A stretch of DNA of 64,000 nucleotides from Styela clava (lineage: Eukaryota), in NCBI RefSeq assembly GCF_964204865.1, contig NC_135250.1:4836001-4900000 (forward strand), in the 5' to 3' direction. The first letter of the stretch is position 1; each line of letters begins with the position of its first letter. A model generated the notes under the pieces. The model made no database searches. It was not told where the DNA came from and was given only the letters and a program-made list of their open reading frames with translations. Both the position numbers and the translations under genes were made by a program. This document shows, one piece after another, positions 50,207-64,000 of the stretch.

Positions 50207-53200
50207 TTAAGCACGTGCCTCGCATATATATTTCATGTCTCTGTTGCACGCTACATCGTTCAAATACCATTTATTCTCAGGCCAAAAATGTACACAGTCT
50301 TCGTCACCTCCCGAATTACTTGGCTCTCCTTCATGCCAATCCGTATTAATTGGAGTTGAAATCACGTCATCACCCCAGATGAATTTACCTTCAAATTTGC
50401 CTAAACCAATCCAAGTAAAATCGTTGCCAGCTTTGATCAATGGCATTATTTCTCTGCATCAAAAAAAAACAACAGATTAACATAGTTAACTTATTTCCGT
50501 ACATATACGGATCCACCGACGAGGTAGAGCAGGTAAGGGAAAGTAGATATTTTTGCTTGTGTTCAATGTTGCTTTCTCATCTACACCCTCCTGGTAAGCT
50601 TCATTGCGCGATGTTCTCAGTCAATAGTTAATTAAATATTTTGTATTCCCCCCAAAAAATAATGTATGACTCAAAACTTTGTCTGCTGCGCATCTGATGG
50701 ATAAAAATGGTAACTAAAACTCACAATGCTTATCTCACACAAATGTTACGAATAAATGAAGTCGAAAACATCTTTTGACTCCAGAAAATACGCACTTGCA
50801 CAAAGGCATAAAGCAAGAAAAGCTAATTAGACTCCCGTAAACCCAACTGATAGTTTGAAAATATTCAAGTTTAAATTTTTCAATCACCTGCGGACGGTAG
50901 GGTCTCTAACTCCAGTAGATGCCAGATCCGCCCCTCGTTTCTGGCATTCTGATTTTGCTGTTGCGTAATTGATTAGATCGTTGAATAGTTTGTAATAGAA
51001 ACCGTTGCTTGCTCGGTACCAGCCCTTGAATTCTGTTTAAAACACGAATAAAGAACTATGATATCTAGCTAGATGTTTCTTTCATTGATATTACAAGATA
51101 TTCGTCTTAGCGGTGAGCGCATACTAGATAACCCCCGGTGCTTAGCATTGACCGAGAGGCTTTAAAGCATGGTTGTCCAACCTTTTTGGCCAAAGTGCCA
51201 CATTTAGTTCACGAATGATTGCGCGGGCCACTTGACATGGTTGTTATGTTTTAGTTTTCACCAAAAAAAACTCACATTAAAATTATAAAAAGAATGAAAA
51301 TACAAAGATACAGTAAGGCAAATTTTTTATCACACATGTATATTTCAATGTCAAGTATGACGCCGCTTTCATCCAATAAGTTTGTCATTGTTCGGTGCGA
51401 TGAACGATGCTGCAATGCGAAGCGAATTTTTCATATGACTGTCAGAAATTGGCGATCTCACGGGAGATTTGACAAGGTTCATTCGCGACAAAACTTCCTC
51501 GTACAAGTAGCCTAAGTGCTGTCAAATATTGAGGTCATCAAAACTGCCCCTTTTAGCTTCATGGAAAAAAGACAGAAAGCAGATTGAAATACATGGCATA
51601 CGATAAAAATAAATTCAAACATCTCTTTCCCGCAATAACGCTCACAAAGGGACATAAATAGTCTTTTGATAGCTGGGTGGTGCTTCTCGCGCGTTTGAAT
51701 AACGAGAAATATTTTATTTATCAGATGTTTCAATAATGGCTTGTGAAAAAATTGAGATTCGAATAATACCACGCGGGCCACTCGGAAACCTTCGGCGGGC
51801 CACGGGTTGGACAACCCAGCGTTTAAAGCGTCAGATTTGACAATGTCGGAATCGCAGATTACACAGAGGAATTGTGAAATCTTTGACTTTTAAACTTCTA
51901 TACACCATACGCTCTTCACTTGTGGTAATAAATTTACAACATTTTCATTCGATTTCTTGGTTAAATATATTAAAAACAAACATAAGTCCAATTCAGAATG
52001 AGATAAATAGTTCACCTTTTGCTTTGACACTTTTTCTCAGTTGTCCCAGAACATCTTTAAATAAAGGTTGATCTTTAAATAAAGCCTATACCAGTACCCG
52101 GGTGCCACTGTAATATCAGTGAAACTAGCTAGCAAGATCTTGTTGGAAATACACGATGTTATAAAAGCGTGTTTCTGCCTAACTGAATTCGTTTAAATTC
52201 GGTGTGACAACAAATTTAAATAAAAGTTTTCTTTAGAAATTTTTGCGTTTTTACTCAAAATTTCTGCCAGGACCCCGAACAATGCCGTAAGATTAATAAC
52301 CAAAATATAAAGATTTTCTGCATACGAAAGTCCAAAAACCGAAAACAAAAAACGCGTGTATTGACATTTGTTTATTTCAAGTTAATTTAATGCAGTGCTT
52401 GAACCAGGGATATCGCGAACTTCAAATATCGTTTTTCGTGTTTGTAAGAATATCGAATATAACCCACATATCCAAGCGCCACGGCCGCTAACGTTTTGAT
52501 TTGAAACATTTTACAATTATTTCATTTTTTATCGTAATCGAAGGCAGTCGTGTGTGGCGCGGCAGTAAATTAAAGTTGGCATGAAAGAATTTCAATTATA
52601 GCGCTGACTTGAAGTTCTTATTACTAGGGCTGGAAATTTCAGGTGAAATACTTTAACCGTTAACCAGGTAAAATCAACCGGTTAACCGATAAACCGAATC
52701 GTGACATTTGATGTAATAGTTTACAATGTTAGCTTGTTACGTCACAATGGTTAATAGAAGCAATTTCGTGTGATCTGATCTTATCCCGGTATCGCTCAAA
52801 ATTATTTACGAATCGAGATAATTTCATGATCGCTCTGCTGCAAGAGATATGCAGCGTGCTTCGGACATATGGAAGTATTTTCGTAATAAAACCCGAATCC
52901 GTTAAATGTCATTTATGAGACAAGTTTTCAGTGTGTTCGACATGCAAATTCTACTCTGTGATATCATGAAGGAAAACGTCATCAACTGCGCGCTTGTTGG
53001 ATGACATCAAATATACATATTTTGTAATAAAATCTGGAACAATAAATTTCGCACGGTATCTAATTCTGAACTTATCATTGTCAAATGTTCATAATCAGAA
53101 ATCTTGGTACTTCAATTATTTTTCACATTTATTGGTTCCTTACCAATACAGTTAATGATACTATTTTAAATTAAAAGCCGCAGAAGATAAGTTTGCGATG

Positions 53201-56200
53201 ATGTAATCATTTTTGAAGAAATTGTTCGTTATAAAAAAGATTTCTACTCGAGTCAGTAAACAGTTAAAATAAATCGTAACCGGTAACCATCTAAAATCGG
53301 TTAACCGATTAATCGTTAACCATTCCCAGCCCTACCTATTACACGTCGAAGATGTTTCTGATTGAAAATATTTTACAATTATTATCGTGTATTTCAATTT
53401 TGTCGAGATAGTTTGGGCGGCCTCGGCAATAAATCTAAAAGCAAATTGTGTAAATTATTGTGTACAACCTTTCATTTTGATAGTGATCGAACATAAGAGC
53501 ACATTTTCTCATTTCTTGCAATAAGCAGTTTAAGTTGACGGTATTAATTTATAAACAAAAATAAAATCATAACAGCCGATATGAAAAATCAGCGCCGACT
53601 CGCAATATAAAAGAAGATCTCCGGTCCTAATTCTCTTTTATTGGCCGATGGGAATTTGGGAATAAGGTTTACTCATTTGATAATGACAGTGATCGCGTAA
53701 ATATATTTGCGTTTTACTTAATAAACGTATGGTGTCGTGAGCAATATAAAAACTAAATTTATAATAGCTGCCCTGCCACTAGCCAATCAACTATCTGTCA
53801 TGCCATTAGTCCTCTTTTTCATGTGCGTGTGCTCATTTTCGTACATAACTTTCTCTCTTAGATTTCAACTTTTAACGCATCATCCTCTCACCTCCTCCGA
53901 TCACCGTCCTCCCAATCTCCACGGTCTTCGCTTAAGTAGTCAAATATTACGTCCGAATTTTGTGGGGGCTTGGAACGGATAAATGTATTTTCAGGTAAAA
54001 AGCGTCCGTACTTACGAAATTTTCTACTTGCAAAGGGGCTTAGAACAAATTAATTTTGTTCCAATTACGGAAGCCCCTTCGTAAGTAGAAAATTCTGTGA
54101 GGTACACATGATAAGAAAAGAGAGCAGAGAAATAACAAATGAAAACTACAAATTTTTCATATTCAGAGACTTTCGTAGGCGGAGTTTGTATTTGGCCCTT
54201 TCGTGAAAAAGGTTGCACACCCCTGAGCTAGGCCATCGCGTTCAACTAAATAACACGGGTCGAGTTAACGCCGATTATTAATTACCTTCGGTATCAGTAG
54301 TTTCGCAAGATCCCTCAGATATCAAACGACCGTTCTTCAATTTTCGAATACATAATCCATCTGTGTGATTGAAATAATATTGAATGATAAAAAGGTTAAA
54401 GACGAAACTGTGTATGAAGTCAAAATGTTTTGGGAGGTAGTTCAGTTTTGATAGACGCTACTAGATTTCTAGAACGAAAGCATGTCTTAGGATTGTTTAT
54501 ATATAATCGGACAGAAAGTGGACCGTTTGCAAATCTATTTGTGTTAGTGTGCAGCAAGAATTTTTAATAGGATAGTCATGTTTATTCCTGCTGCAGCATC
54601 CTTGCATTATATGCATACGGATCTAACAGAGGAAGGGTATTGAGAAAGGATAGGGGCAAAAAATACTAATCTACTAACCAACTTATCAATTAATAGGTTT
54701 TGAATTTGTATTACACGTGGATAAAGTGCTGCAAGAACGAAATGTCATATTTCTTAATTTACGCTAAAGTTTTGCTGGTTTTTATAATTCACCGACACAC
54801 GTTAATATGGCATTCGGTGAAAATTTTCTATAATCAACACATTGACATAACAATGGCCATATCTTTCCTTTGACCTTCTGCTTCATATTTGAACATTTCT
54901 CATTATTTTGATAATTGGGATCATAACGTCATATTCATATTGCATTCGTTGTTATCATTTACTGACATTACGGTGGTCGTATCTGTTATCTGACCTTATG
55001 TTTCATATTCCAAGCGTTGCTCATTATTTAGATAATTGGGATTATACCCTCACTCACACACCCTCTGCGTAAGCTTGCTCGGTATTCGACGTTTGACCTG
55101 TATATTCATTGTTTTCGTAATAAACATCACAGAATATATGAGCCTACCGGTCGCCCACGATCGTTTAGGTATCCGTTTGTTTCGCTCCTGACAAGGCCTT
55201 GTACAGCAGCGGCCACTGATATTTAACGACATGTAAGTAACTTCTAGGTTTGAAAGCCCCATACTGGAGCGAACGAGTCTTGGGTAAAGTGGAACGCATA
55301 GGATTTGAACCCAAGATGTGTAACCTGTGATGCCAACACATTTTGGTTCATTGCTCCGACCCAAGACATATTATGAATATTAGTATTTAAACTAAATAGA
55401 ATACTGATCACGTTTTGCGCAGTGGCAAAATTGACCTATCAAAGTTAGTTAGAAAGTTTTGTAATGAAGTGGGCTGCGGTAACCCATCTGGTTAATCTGC
55501 TGGACTTTAACATCGCTGGTTGAAATATCGAGTTGAAATTTCGTGCCCACTCGGGTATAATAAATTGAGTATACCCAATTGCCTATAGGCAATGCCGGAC
55601 TGGATTAAGCTATGATAGCTCTTTAACTTGGTTTACCATACGTCTTGGTTTGGCTGGGACAGTCCCGATTTTGACAAGCTGTCCAGTCCGATAGACCCAA
55701 ATGTCCCGGTCATGTAGTATGGAAGTCATGAATATTTTTTTTATTTGATATCGATACAAAGTATCTTTTTAATCTTAATAAGGCAGTCTATTTATCGCTG
55801 GTTTCCGACTCACTTCCCTACTTCAGTAAGTGAGAGAGAACTATTATATGTCATAATTATTATATGTTCAATTTTCCAATTCATTATCTAATCTTAGCCG
55901 TACTGTCATTAAATTATCCAAAATGCCGAAAAAGAGCGCGTTTTCCAATGATTAGAATATCAATACTATTCATAAGAGTTGTATATACTAAGCCTCGTAA
56001 TTGAACCAAAGGTTTGTCCAATCCTTCGTTTTTTTATATTTATATGGTAAGCCTATCCTTACCCAACAGTGACTGCCTGTGCAGAGCTTTGTTCGGAGTT
56101 ATTGACGTACGAGTACGTATTATATAAAAACAATGAACGACTGTTAACAAAATTGATTTCTATTAAACAAAAAACTGGGTACTTATGTCGTATGTGAACC

Positions 56201-56507
56201 AAGATGGCGGACGCCGGAACGTAGTACGTGTACCAGGTTAGAGTTAGGCCATTGATTTCAGGTACAAATACTACGGCAGTCACTTGATTAGTCCCTGAAC
56301 ACGTAATAGAACTAAAAGAAGGAAAATTGGAATAAAATTATTGCCTAACCTAACCTAACCTGGTACACATACTACGTTCCGGTGTCTGCCACACATACTA
56401 CGGGAGCGCCAAAAAATGAAGGTTATTGTATCATTCAGCTTACCTTGTTTTGCTGAACAGGCTAAAAGTAAAATGGCAATTACAAGAAAAATTAGATATA
56501 ATTTCAT
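50207..56507 (-). CDS. CTL-H: secreted C-type lectin, EPS motif (5 exons, ~189 aa)
   Basis: Exons 56507-56444, 54360-54286, 52054-52016, 51032-50888, 50453-50207 join in frame (570 nt). CRD has WIGL, WHEGEPSN, EDCV, WYLND. Confidence 0.85.
51168..51820. mobile_element. hAT-type MITE
   Basis: GGTTGTCCAACC / GGTTGGACAACC termini, flanks CTTTAAAG/GTTTAAAG. Confidence 0.7.
52625..53334 (+). mobile_element. Deleted hAT (Ac-like) element with BED zinc-finger relic
   Basis: TAGGGCTGG...CCAGCCCTA termini, flanks CTTATTAC/CCTATTAC, subterminal TTAACCG repeats, and a frameshifted MQRASDIWKYF..SVKCHL from ~52849. Confidence 0.8.
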
Positions 56508-59500
56508 TTTGGTATATATTGCTTTAAATATTAAATCTCGCTAAATTGTTTTCTGCAAAATAGACCACCCTCATTTTTTTTTAAAATATTACACACTATC
56601 GGGTCCTTAGCTATTTTATAATACAGTTTCAATTCAATACTCCCTACAACCTCGCTAAAAAATATAACCAATAAATTTCTAGGAGAGATTATTGTAAAAT
56701 GATATAGTGTCATTGATAAAGCATCGCGCTCGCGCTATTTCCTCCCGTCAGCTTAAGGCCAATATAATTTCCTTGTACAATAATAATAAAGCGCCATACA
56801 ATATGATGGGGGTTATTGAATAAAAAACATGTCATCAACGTTCATTGCCCTAGGAAGATAAAACACGCGATAGATGAGCAATACAGATCTAAATCTGTTC
56901 GTCATTACGAAATACAAATCTCTACCAATCTTCTATAACGAACATTATTCTCTTCTAAGTTGCAGAAGCGAACATTGTTCAGTGATGTTTTGATCCCACA
57001 CGGATTTATCTTTGTCGCTCATGATGTTGTTCTAAGATTTTTTAGCATGTAACATGAGTCCTACTTTCATTATAGACAAGCGGTTCCCAAATTTTCTGTT
57101 CGTGCGGCGCCAAATTTTCAGGGAAAATCTCACGGCACACTTACACGAAAAAAATGCTTCTTTCGAAGAAAACTCATTTCTGTGATCGCCAATGTGTACT
57201 TTATGCTATTTAAAGTTTGTGAACATGTATGACTATCGAAAAATTGCAAAAGGTCAACTCTTCTTTTTCATCTCCGCCTGATTTTCCTCTGTTATGCTAA
57301 ACACTCATATTCGCTAAATTCGGTTCAGCTGATAAATAAACAGCACGGAGTGAGGTTCACGTAAGCCTTAGCATATATATTATGATTTTCGCCACCATTC
57401 TAGTTTGCGAGACTCCGAAGATAAACTGAGAAACATGTTTCAGCTATAACTAACTATAGCAAAAACGAGTCATGTCCGAAAATATGACTTCAATAAAGAA
57501 AATTGAAGAATTCACCTCGACCTTTGGCAGACAGAAAAAAAAATGGCGGCGATTCCAAATTTATGTCTGAACAAATTCGAATAATTTACTATTTGATTCG
57601 ACATGACCAGTTCTACTGGTAATCGAGCAAGGGGCTTTTGTCCACAATCTGAGTCTTTGAACGAGTGGAAAACAAAAATTAAAAAGTAATATTGATGACG
57701 TCTGCCGTTTCTTGCCAACGAATATTCGAAGATAGAGCCGTAATTGAATCAAGGAAAATGACTTGGAAGCTCCTTGTTCGTTGCCCAAAATGTATATTGG
57801 AATTAGTGCTAGGCATTTTTGAAAACCTGATGATTTCAGAATCGAATATTTTTTTCGAAATGAATCTCGAAGATTTTCAACTGTATGTGACATGTTTCAT
57901 CAATATCTCACAAGAAAGAAAAGAGTCATATTCCGAAATTACGTTGTTAAAGCATGGCTTCGATAAAAAAAAAATAAGGAATTTACCTCAACCCTTTATC
58001 GGTGATTCGAAACTCCCGTCTGAACCGGTTCGATAATTTTCGATTCGATATGCCCAGCCCTAATTGGAATGTGCTTCAATCAATATCCATTTTGTAATAA
58101 GTCGATTTCTCGGGATTTAAATGTCGAGAACTTTAGGATCATATCAAATATTCTCCGATAAAAATGACTGAACTTATCTTTATATACAATTATATATAAA
58201 AATGAGCCTCCAAGTAACGCAGAAGCAGTTCATTGTATGAAAACTGACACATGAGAGTTCAAAATTTTCTTCCACTACCCTCGTATCAAACATGGCGAAT
58301 ATTCGGTTGCTACCCAGCCAATATGACTCAACAAAACACACGAATGGTAGGTTGTAATGATTTCCGTGTCTGCTGATTGAGTAAGTCTCCATTTGGTATG
58401 ATTTGAATATGAACTGTATATATATATGATCTACAAAAATATTCTTGATCTATACTTCCGTTATGTATAAACTCATTAGATAGCCTATTCACACCGTCTG
58501 TGACAATGTTCGCAAGCGGTGTAGCTTTCCATGGCTTAATGTCTTACCAGAAGAAAACTTTAGTCTAGGATTGAGATCTGAAGTCTGATAAGCATGTTTC
58601 AATTGTGTTACGCCTAACCAGCATAAGAATTAAACTACAGCTCAGCTTACGTGTGTACTGGGAGTAGTTTTATAATAGTGAATCCTTGTATATTGCGACT
58701 TGAGGTGAAATTCTGGATCAAGATTAGTGCCATAAAAGGGGAATATGACGTACCCGACGTAGAGATTATTTAATTACGTTGAATCCAAAACAATCGAGTA
58801 AAAATTGAAATAATTTGGAGTGTAAAAAAAAAAGCCTTGTTTATTGTCTTATGCTAGATGTTTTTTAACAGAGACTCGGCCTACCTAAGGGGCTATGAGC
58901 GTTTCTATAGAAGCCACAAACGCGCCTTCACTATGTACGATAGGCGGTGACTATATTGATTTAAAGTAAATTGGCAGTGATCTGTCTCCAATTTTGACTT
59001 TATTTCTTTGCTCTATTGTTTTTAGTAGTATTGTTTAGTAGTATGAAAAACGACTGATAGAAGCGTGTTATTAGCAAATCTAGGTGTTTTAATGAAGCAC
59101 AAGGGCTGACAGTCTTTTGAAGAGTATCGCGCGCGAATCAGGGAAGTTCGAGAATCACTCGTCTAATGATTTACCATCGAAACTGGTAAAAAGTTGTTTC
59201 TTCAACATGAAGGCTGGGATCGAAATATTTCTTCTGATTTTACTTTTACAAACTACAAACAGCCGTGTCAATGGTATGAGTTTGATCTGGTAAACTTTAA
59301 AACTTTCTTGTACCTTGAAGTATTGATTACCGTTTTCCTAGTTATAAAATGGTAATATCAGTAGCATTAAATTAGGGTTCCACCAGTACAGTCCAGGGTT
59401 TCACTAGTTTACTTTCAGTTCCGATAGTCTGTATTATGAAATGAATATTGTTTAAATATAAATACACTGGTATATAAAATGTGTTCCACAAGTGTTCTGT

Positions 59501-59886
59501 GAATGGTACAAGAGTTCCTCGAGTCTCCGGAATTTCATTGTTGTTCCGTTCCAATAAAAATGTTGTAATACATTGAATTATATAATAGTGGCCATAGGTT
59601 GAACATTTGTATTCGTTTTTTTTCGATATCTTCATTGTATTGGAATTTTACAGACCAAAAATAGCAGAAATACCAATGCGTCACATACAAAGCGCAATAC
59701 AGTGACAGCTTATAAAATGCCAATCTTAACGGGGACGACATCCGCTATTGCGTTTCATAGGTCACAAAGTTGACTCAACATTCGAACTTTAATATGTACC
59801 AACTTACAGAGACTCGTTTTTGTGTATTATTTTCCACCCACCATGTCATACACTCATTAGCGGTTTCTGCTTTTTATAAAACTTCA

Positions 59887-62267
59887 ATGTATACTTCTCA
59901 TTTACCGCTTTTAACTAAACTTTCAGGTATGCTTTTTTCAAATGTTGTAGTAACATAAACCTTCATTTGAAAAAGAGTTTGTAGTTGAAGAATACAAGCG
60001 TTGAAATTTGAAAATAAATGCTAAGGAGGTCCTTAGATGGAGTTCTCACCTCTTTCGATAGAACAATGTCTATTCACACTTTTGTCAACAATTACCATGT
60101 GTAGCTCATGATAGAAGCGTTCATTGTTATTGTATTTTAATTGCAGGAATCAATTTTTATGGTCAGAATTTATTTAGACACTGGAAATTCCGATTTAATA
60201 TCACAATATTTTTATAATTAGCTCGTATTATATTTTATCATTCAGGAAACTCGAACGAACCCTCCTGTACTGAGGACAGAGGCAAGAAGACTTTTCAAAT
60301 AAACTTTTCCTCGGTGAGCGTAGCATTATGCAATATACTTTCATACTAGGTCTTTTATGCAATGATACAGTAGTAAAAAATACGGCAACAATATATCAAT
60401 ACTGATACAATAACTAGAAAATAATAAAAGACCCAAGTACATACCGAACACAGCAGGAAGGAGACTAACGTTAGCACCTCCTTCGGCTTCATGTCGATTG
60501 TTTACGTTCGCGCGTCGAAAGCGATTGAGCGTAAAGATCACGTGACCAACAAGAAACCACTCGGGGCGCAATTGTACAAAATTTGCGATGAAACTGGAAG
60601 CCTATAAGAAATGTTAAAAATATAAAAATAATAACCATTTAGCCTAACCCTAACTACAGAAAATTAGTAACCGATAGGCTTGGTTGGCACTTAATAGGAG
60701 AAGCAATTTTTCGCCTGTGTGAACTCCAAGAATTTTTCTGAACTTATATTTCGATCGTATTGTTTCATCGTTATCGTTAAGACAAAGTCAAGCAAAATCT
60801 AATTAACGATATTAGCCCACGAAAAGATGTAATCGAAATGGTATTTCCCAAACAATATTATAGGTTTAGATTAAAAAAACTTAGATTGTAATTGTATCAC
60901 AAATTTATTATATTCTAACACTTCGATTTTCTTTCTTCTCAGGTTGCTGATCTGAAAAGTAAGTGTAAAACATATTATTTTGGAAACGAAAATGAAAATC
61001 GGTCTTCTACAGAGTGGGGCGAATAAATCTCCGCATTCTATTTAATTAGAAACTGCCTTTTTAATCACCTTAACTTATTTAATAAATCTGGGATGATAAT
61101 ACAACGCTACCTCCAAAGAAAGTATTGGTTCGCTTCAGCGTAGACGTGAAACAGATACAGGAAGTTTGACTTAACAAGTTTAAACAGGCTATGCGGTAGG
61201 CTAACAAATCGGCGCTCCGGCAGTATTTGTACCAAGATGACGCAAAACCTGAACCCTAACCTGGTACACATACTATGTTCAGGTTGTGCGCCATCTTGGT
61301 ACACATACTTCGGGAGCACCAACAAACCCTATATTTTTTATCGTTAATATTTAAAAGCTTGACATGTTTGAAACTTCACAATAACGCAGATTAATATCCA
61401 TTAGGTATCATTGATATTAATTTGTTTTGAGCATTCTTCTGAAATCGAATTACAAAAACAATTCAAATAATTCAAAATGAGATAAAAGAATATAGGCTAC
61501 AACTTCTAAAGTGCTATGTTAATTTACTCAGAAAAGTTGTTGATGCCTAAATTCCGTAAGTTTCTAGCCAGGTAATACTACTAATGCAGTTTTCATCGAA
61601 TGTCGATAAAGTAATCCAACGAATAAATACTTTAAAACCATTTTAAAAATATAAATTTTGTGCAGAAAAATTAAGAAACAATCTTGACCTACAACGCTAC
61701 TTGGAAGAGAAACTATCGACAAATGCAGAAGAATATGAAATCACAACAGGTTATTGTTGTATTTGTCTTCACTTATTTTTGCTCCAGTATTCATTACTTT
61801 CTCCCATGAACCTGGGAATTCTATTTTGTTTTTCACATAAGGAAATTCGCTCAATGCAAGGTTCCGAGCACTCACTCAGAGGTGTCATTAGTTAGTGAGA
61901 CAATAATGAAATATAATGTAGAATTGAGATTGACGCGAGACATGAAGAATAGGATTGTCCTGTTTACCTTTAGGAACAGGAAAGTCGATTAGTTGGCTTA
62001 ATCAAAGGCCGTACCACGGTCTCTCGTCCTGTCCATGTCGGGTATGATATTAGTTAGCCAGTTATTTGTTTTCAGATATTTCGACTTGATGGTCGGTTGC
62101 ATCATTTCAGTTAATATGTTGTATGACACAGTCATAGTAAGAAGCCATTTTATCGAACTCATTTTTAACTACTCGAATATTTACCAAAATGGTAACTTTC
62201 CCGTTTAAAAACTACAATACGGGGTAGGGCCTACTTTTCGAACAATGAGCTCTTCAACTCAAACAAT

Positions 62268-62298
<31 letters not shown>

Positions 62299-63891
62299 GG
62301 CCCACTAGTCTTGCTTTATGATCGGCGAATGATTATTTATATTTTACAGTTCTTCAATCTATCGATCCTCAACTAAGTGAGACAGCAGCTACTTCTTCAC
62401 AGATGGAAACCACTCATGCTGAAATGACAACAGAAAAATCAACTACTGGTATAATATATATGTTTACTTCATATATATTTAGGTGCTGGCAGTCCATCAA
62501 GAATTGAATTGGATTTTGTGTACATTATATGTTTGTGCATTTTTCTAGTTTAAGAAGGCACCCGTCGACCTCCGTTTTTTTTTTTTGTTAAAGAAATCAG
62601 AAGGCTAAAAAAATTCAAATAGAAAAATAGAATGAACAATATTTTACCCTATCAATTTCGGGTCGAGGGTCCTTATCCTGTAAACACATTAGTTATATTT
62701 AATTTTTGCGGAAAGCGCCCATCCGAAAAAAACACCTTCAACCACTGCCAAAACAAGTGCTAAAACTCAAAATGTCTTGGCATGTTTTTCTAAAATCTCA
62801 CACTTTTGGTAAATCCCCTTCTTGGCGTCAGGAATTTATTCAGTCAAATCAATATCCCCCTCCGCTTACAGCTTCTTTTTGTCCAATCTAGTACGATTAT
62901 TCGCCATACTCGTCTGACCATCAAAATAAAATAAAAATTTGTATCATATTGAATCTATTTCCCCATATATGTACAGACGACCTTAAGACATGGAATAAAT
63001 CAAGCAACAATTATTATTACAAACTATTTCGCAACCCAGTCAACTACGCGACTGCTAAAGCAAATTGTCAAAAGTTAGGAGCCGATCTTGCATCAGTGGG
63101 AGTAAGGAATGCTACCGTCCGCAGGTTAGATGCTATTTTTAAAAACATCAAGTAGACATATCACTTGGCATATGTAGTGCTTAGAATTTAAAATACATTG
63201 GGATCTCAAATAATTATGAGAATGGAGCCGCCGTCGGATTTTTAAACTTTTCGGGTTTTGGAATCGTAGTCAAAACCCAGAATTTTCCGTAGGAATCAAT
63301 GGAAGATTGCATACGCCAAAGCTTATGTTATTAGCAAAGCATTAATAAATGTTGATTTTTCTCGAAACTAGAGTCGAAGCCGAATCGTTTTCAGACCGGA
63401 ATCGACATAAATTGTGAATTTCCGCCATATCCTTGTGGATAGTGAGTTGTAAAAATTCAATATGCAAACTACCTTATTATTTTTGAGTATAAGAGATATT
63501 TTGCAAAATTTAAACATTTCATAACATTTCTGATTTTTGAAGAGCATTTTTGAAAAGTGATGCCAAAGGATTTACTTCATTTCATCAAGGATTTTAATTG
63601 TTTGACTAAATTATTTGAATTATATATAAACATTATTGCAGCAAAATTCTTCAAATGGTGAAGTCAGGAGGAAAAAGGACTTGGGTTGGTCTTGATTACA
63701 TTGAACAAGAAGGAAGATTTGTTTGGGCTGATGGCGTGAATTCAACAAGAGAGAATACAAATTGAAATGCTGGACAACCAGACGACCATAGAAAAAACGA
63801 AGATTGTGGCGAGTTCAGTCGTTACATGAATTGGAAGTTAAATGACGTCCCATGTTCATTGTTCCAATATTATATTTGTGAAAAATCTTAA
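59887..63891 (+). pseudogene. CTL-I: paralog of CTL-D, QPD motif, premature stop in CRD
   Basis: Exons 59887-59926, (60147-60161), 60246-60313, 60943-60958, 61532-61555, 61666-61749, 62350-62448, 62977-63124, 63642-63891. TGA at 63763-63765 replaces the conserved Trp four codons before QPD. Confidence 0.85.
62266..62294. repeat. (CA)n microsatellite
   Basis: Direct observation. The paralogous position near 31125 has a shorter CA run followed by (TA)n. Confidence 0.9.
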
Positions 63892-64000
63892 ATGGGATCA
63901 GTGAATGAGATTCCAATTAAAGATTTGTTATAGCGTGAGGTCTACCACACCATAGCTGGAGACGTATATAGTAACGTAACTTAAGGTCAAGGGTCAAATC

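Noticed and set aside
1-64000. Prokaryotic systems (CRISPR, operons, rRNA)
   Set aside because: The spliced gene structure and repeat content are eukaryotic, and no such features were seen.

Overview
AT-rich, intron-containing animal DNA. A tunicate or similar marine invertebrate is my inference from gene content; the sequence does not prove it. The window opens with a 5-exon theta-class glutathione S-transferase (+) and a convergent universal stress protein gene (-) with an uninterrupted CDS. The remaining ~58 kb is a rearranging C-type lectin (CTL) locus, which I reconstructed by hand from GT-AG splice sites and reading-frame phase. It holds one 7-exon secreted coiled-coil/atypical CTL (B), an orphan duplicate of B's last exon (A), and seven members of a second CTL family (C-I). 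Six of C-I sit in three head-to-head pairs (C/D, F/G, H/I). Every minus-strand member has a mannose-type EPN/EPS motif and every plus-strand member (including relic E) has a galactose-type QPD motif. The genes are mosaics of swappable exons, mostly phase 1: signal peptide, a 75-nt disulfide beta-hairpin-like exon, a short neck or mucin stalk, and CRD exons. Several copies are damaged (nonsense codons, lost ATG, lost Cys, deleted exons). Direct and inverted segmental duplications, many MITEs (hAT, Tc1/mariner, GG..CC families), Helentron/DINE-1-like elements and a tRNA-derived SINE fill the introns and mark some breakpoints. All gene models are manual predictions without transcript support.
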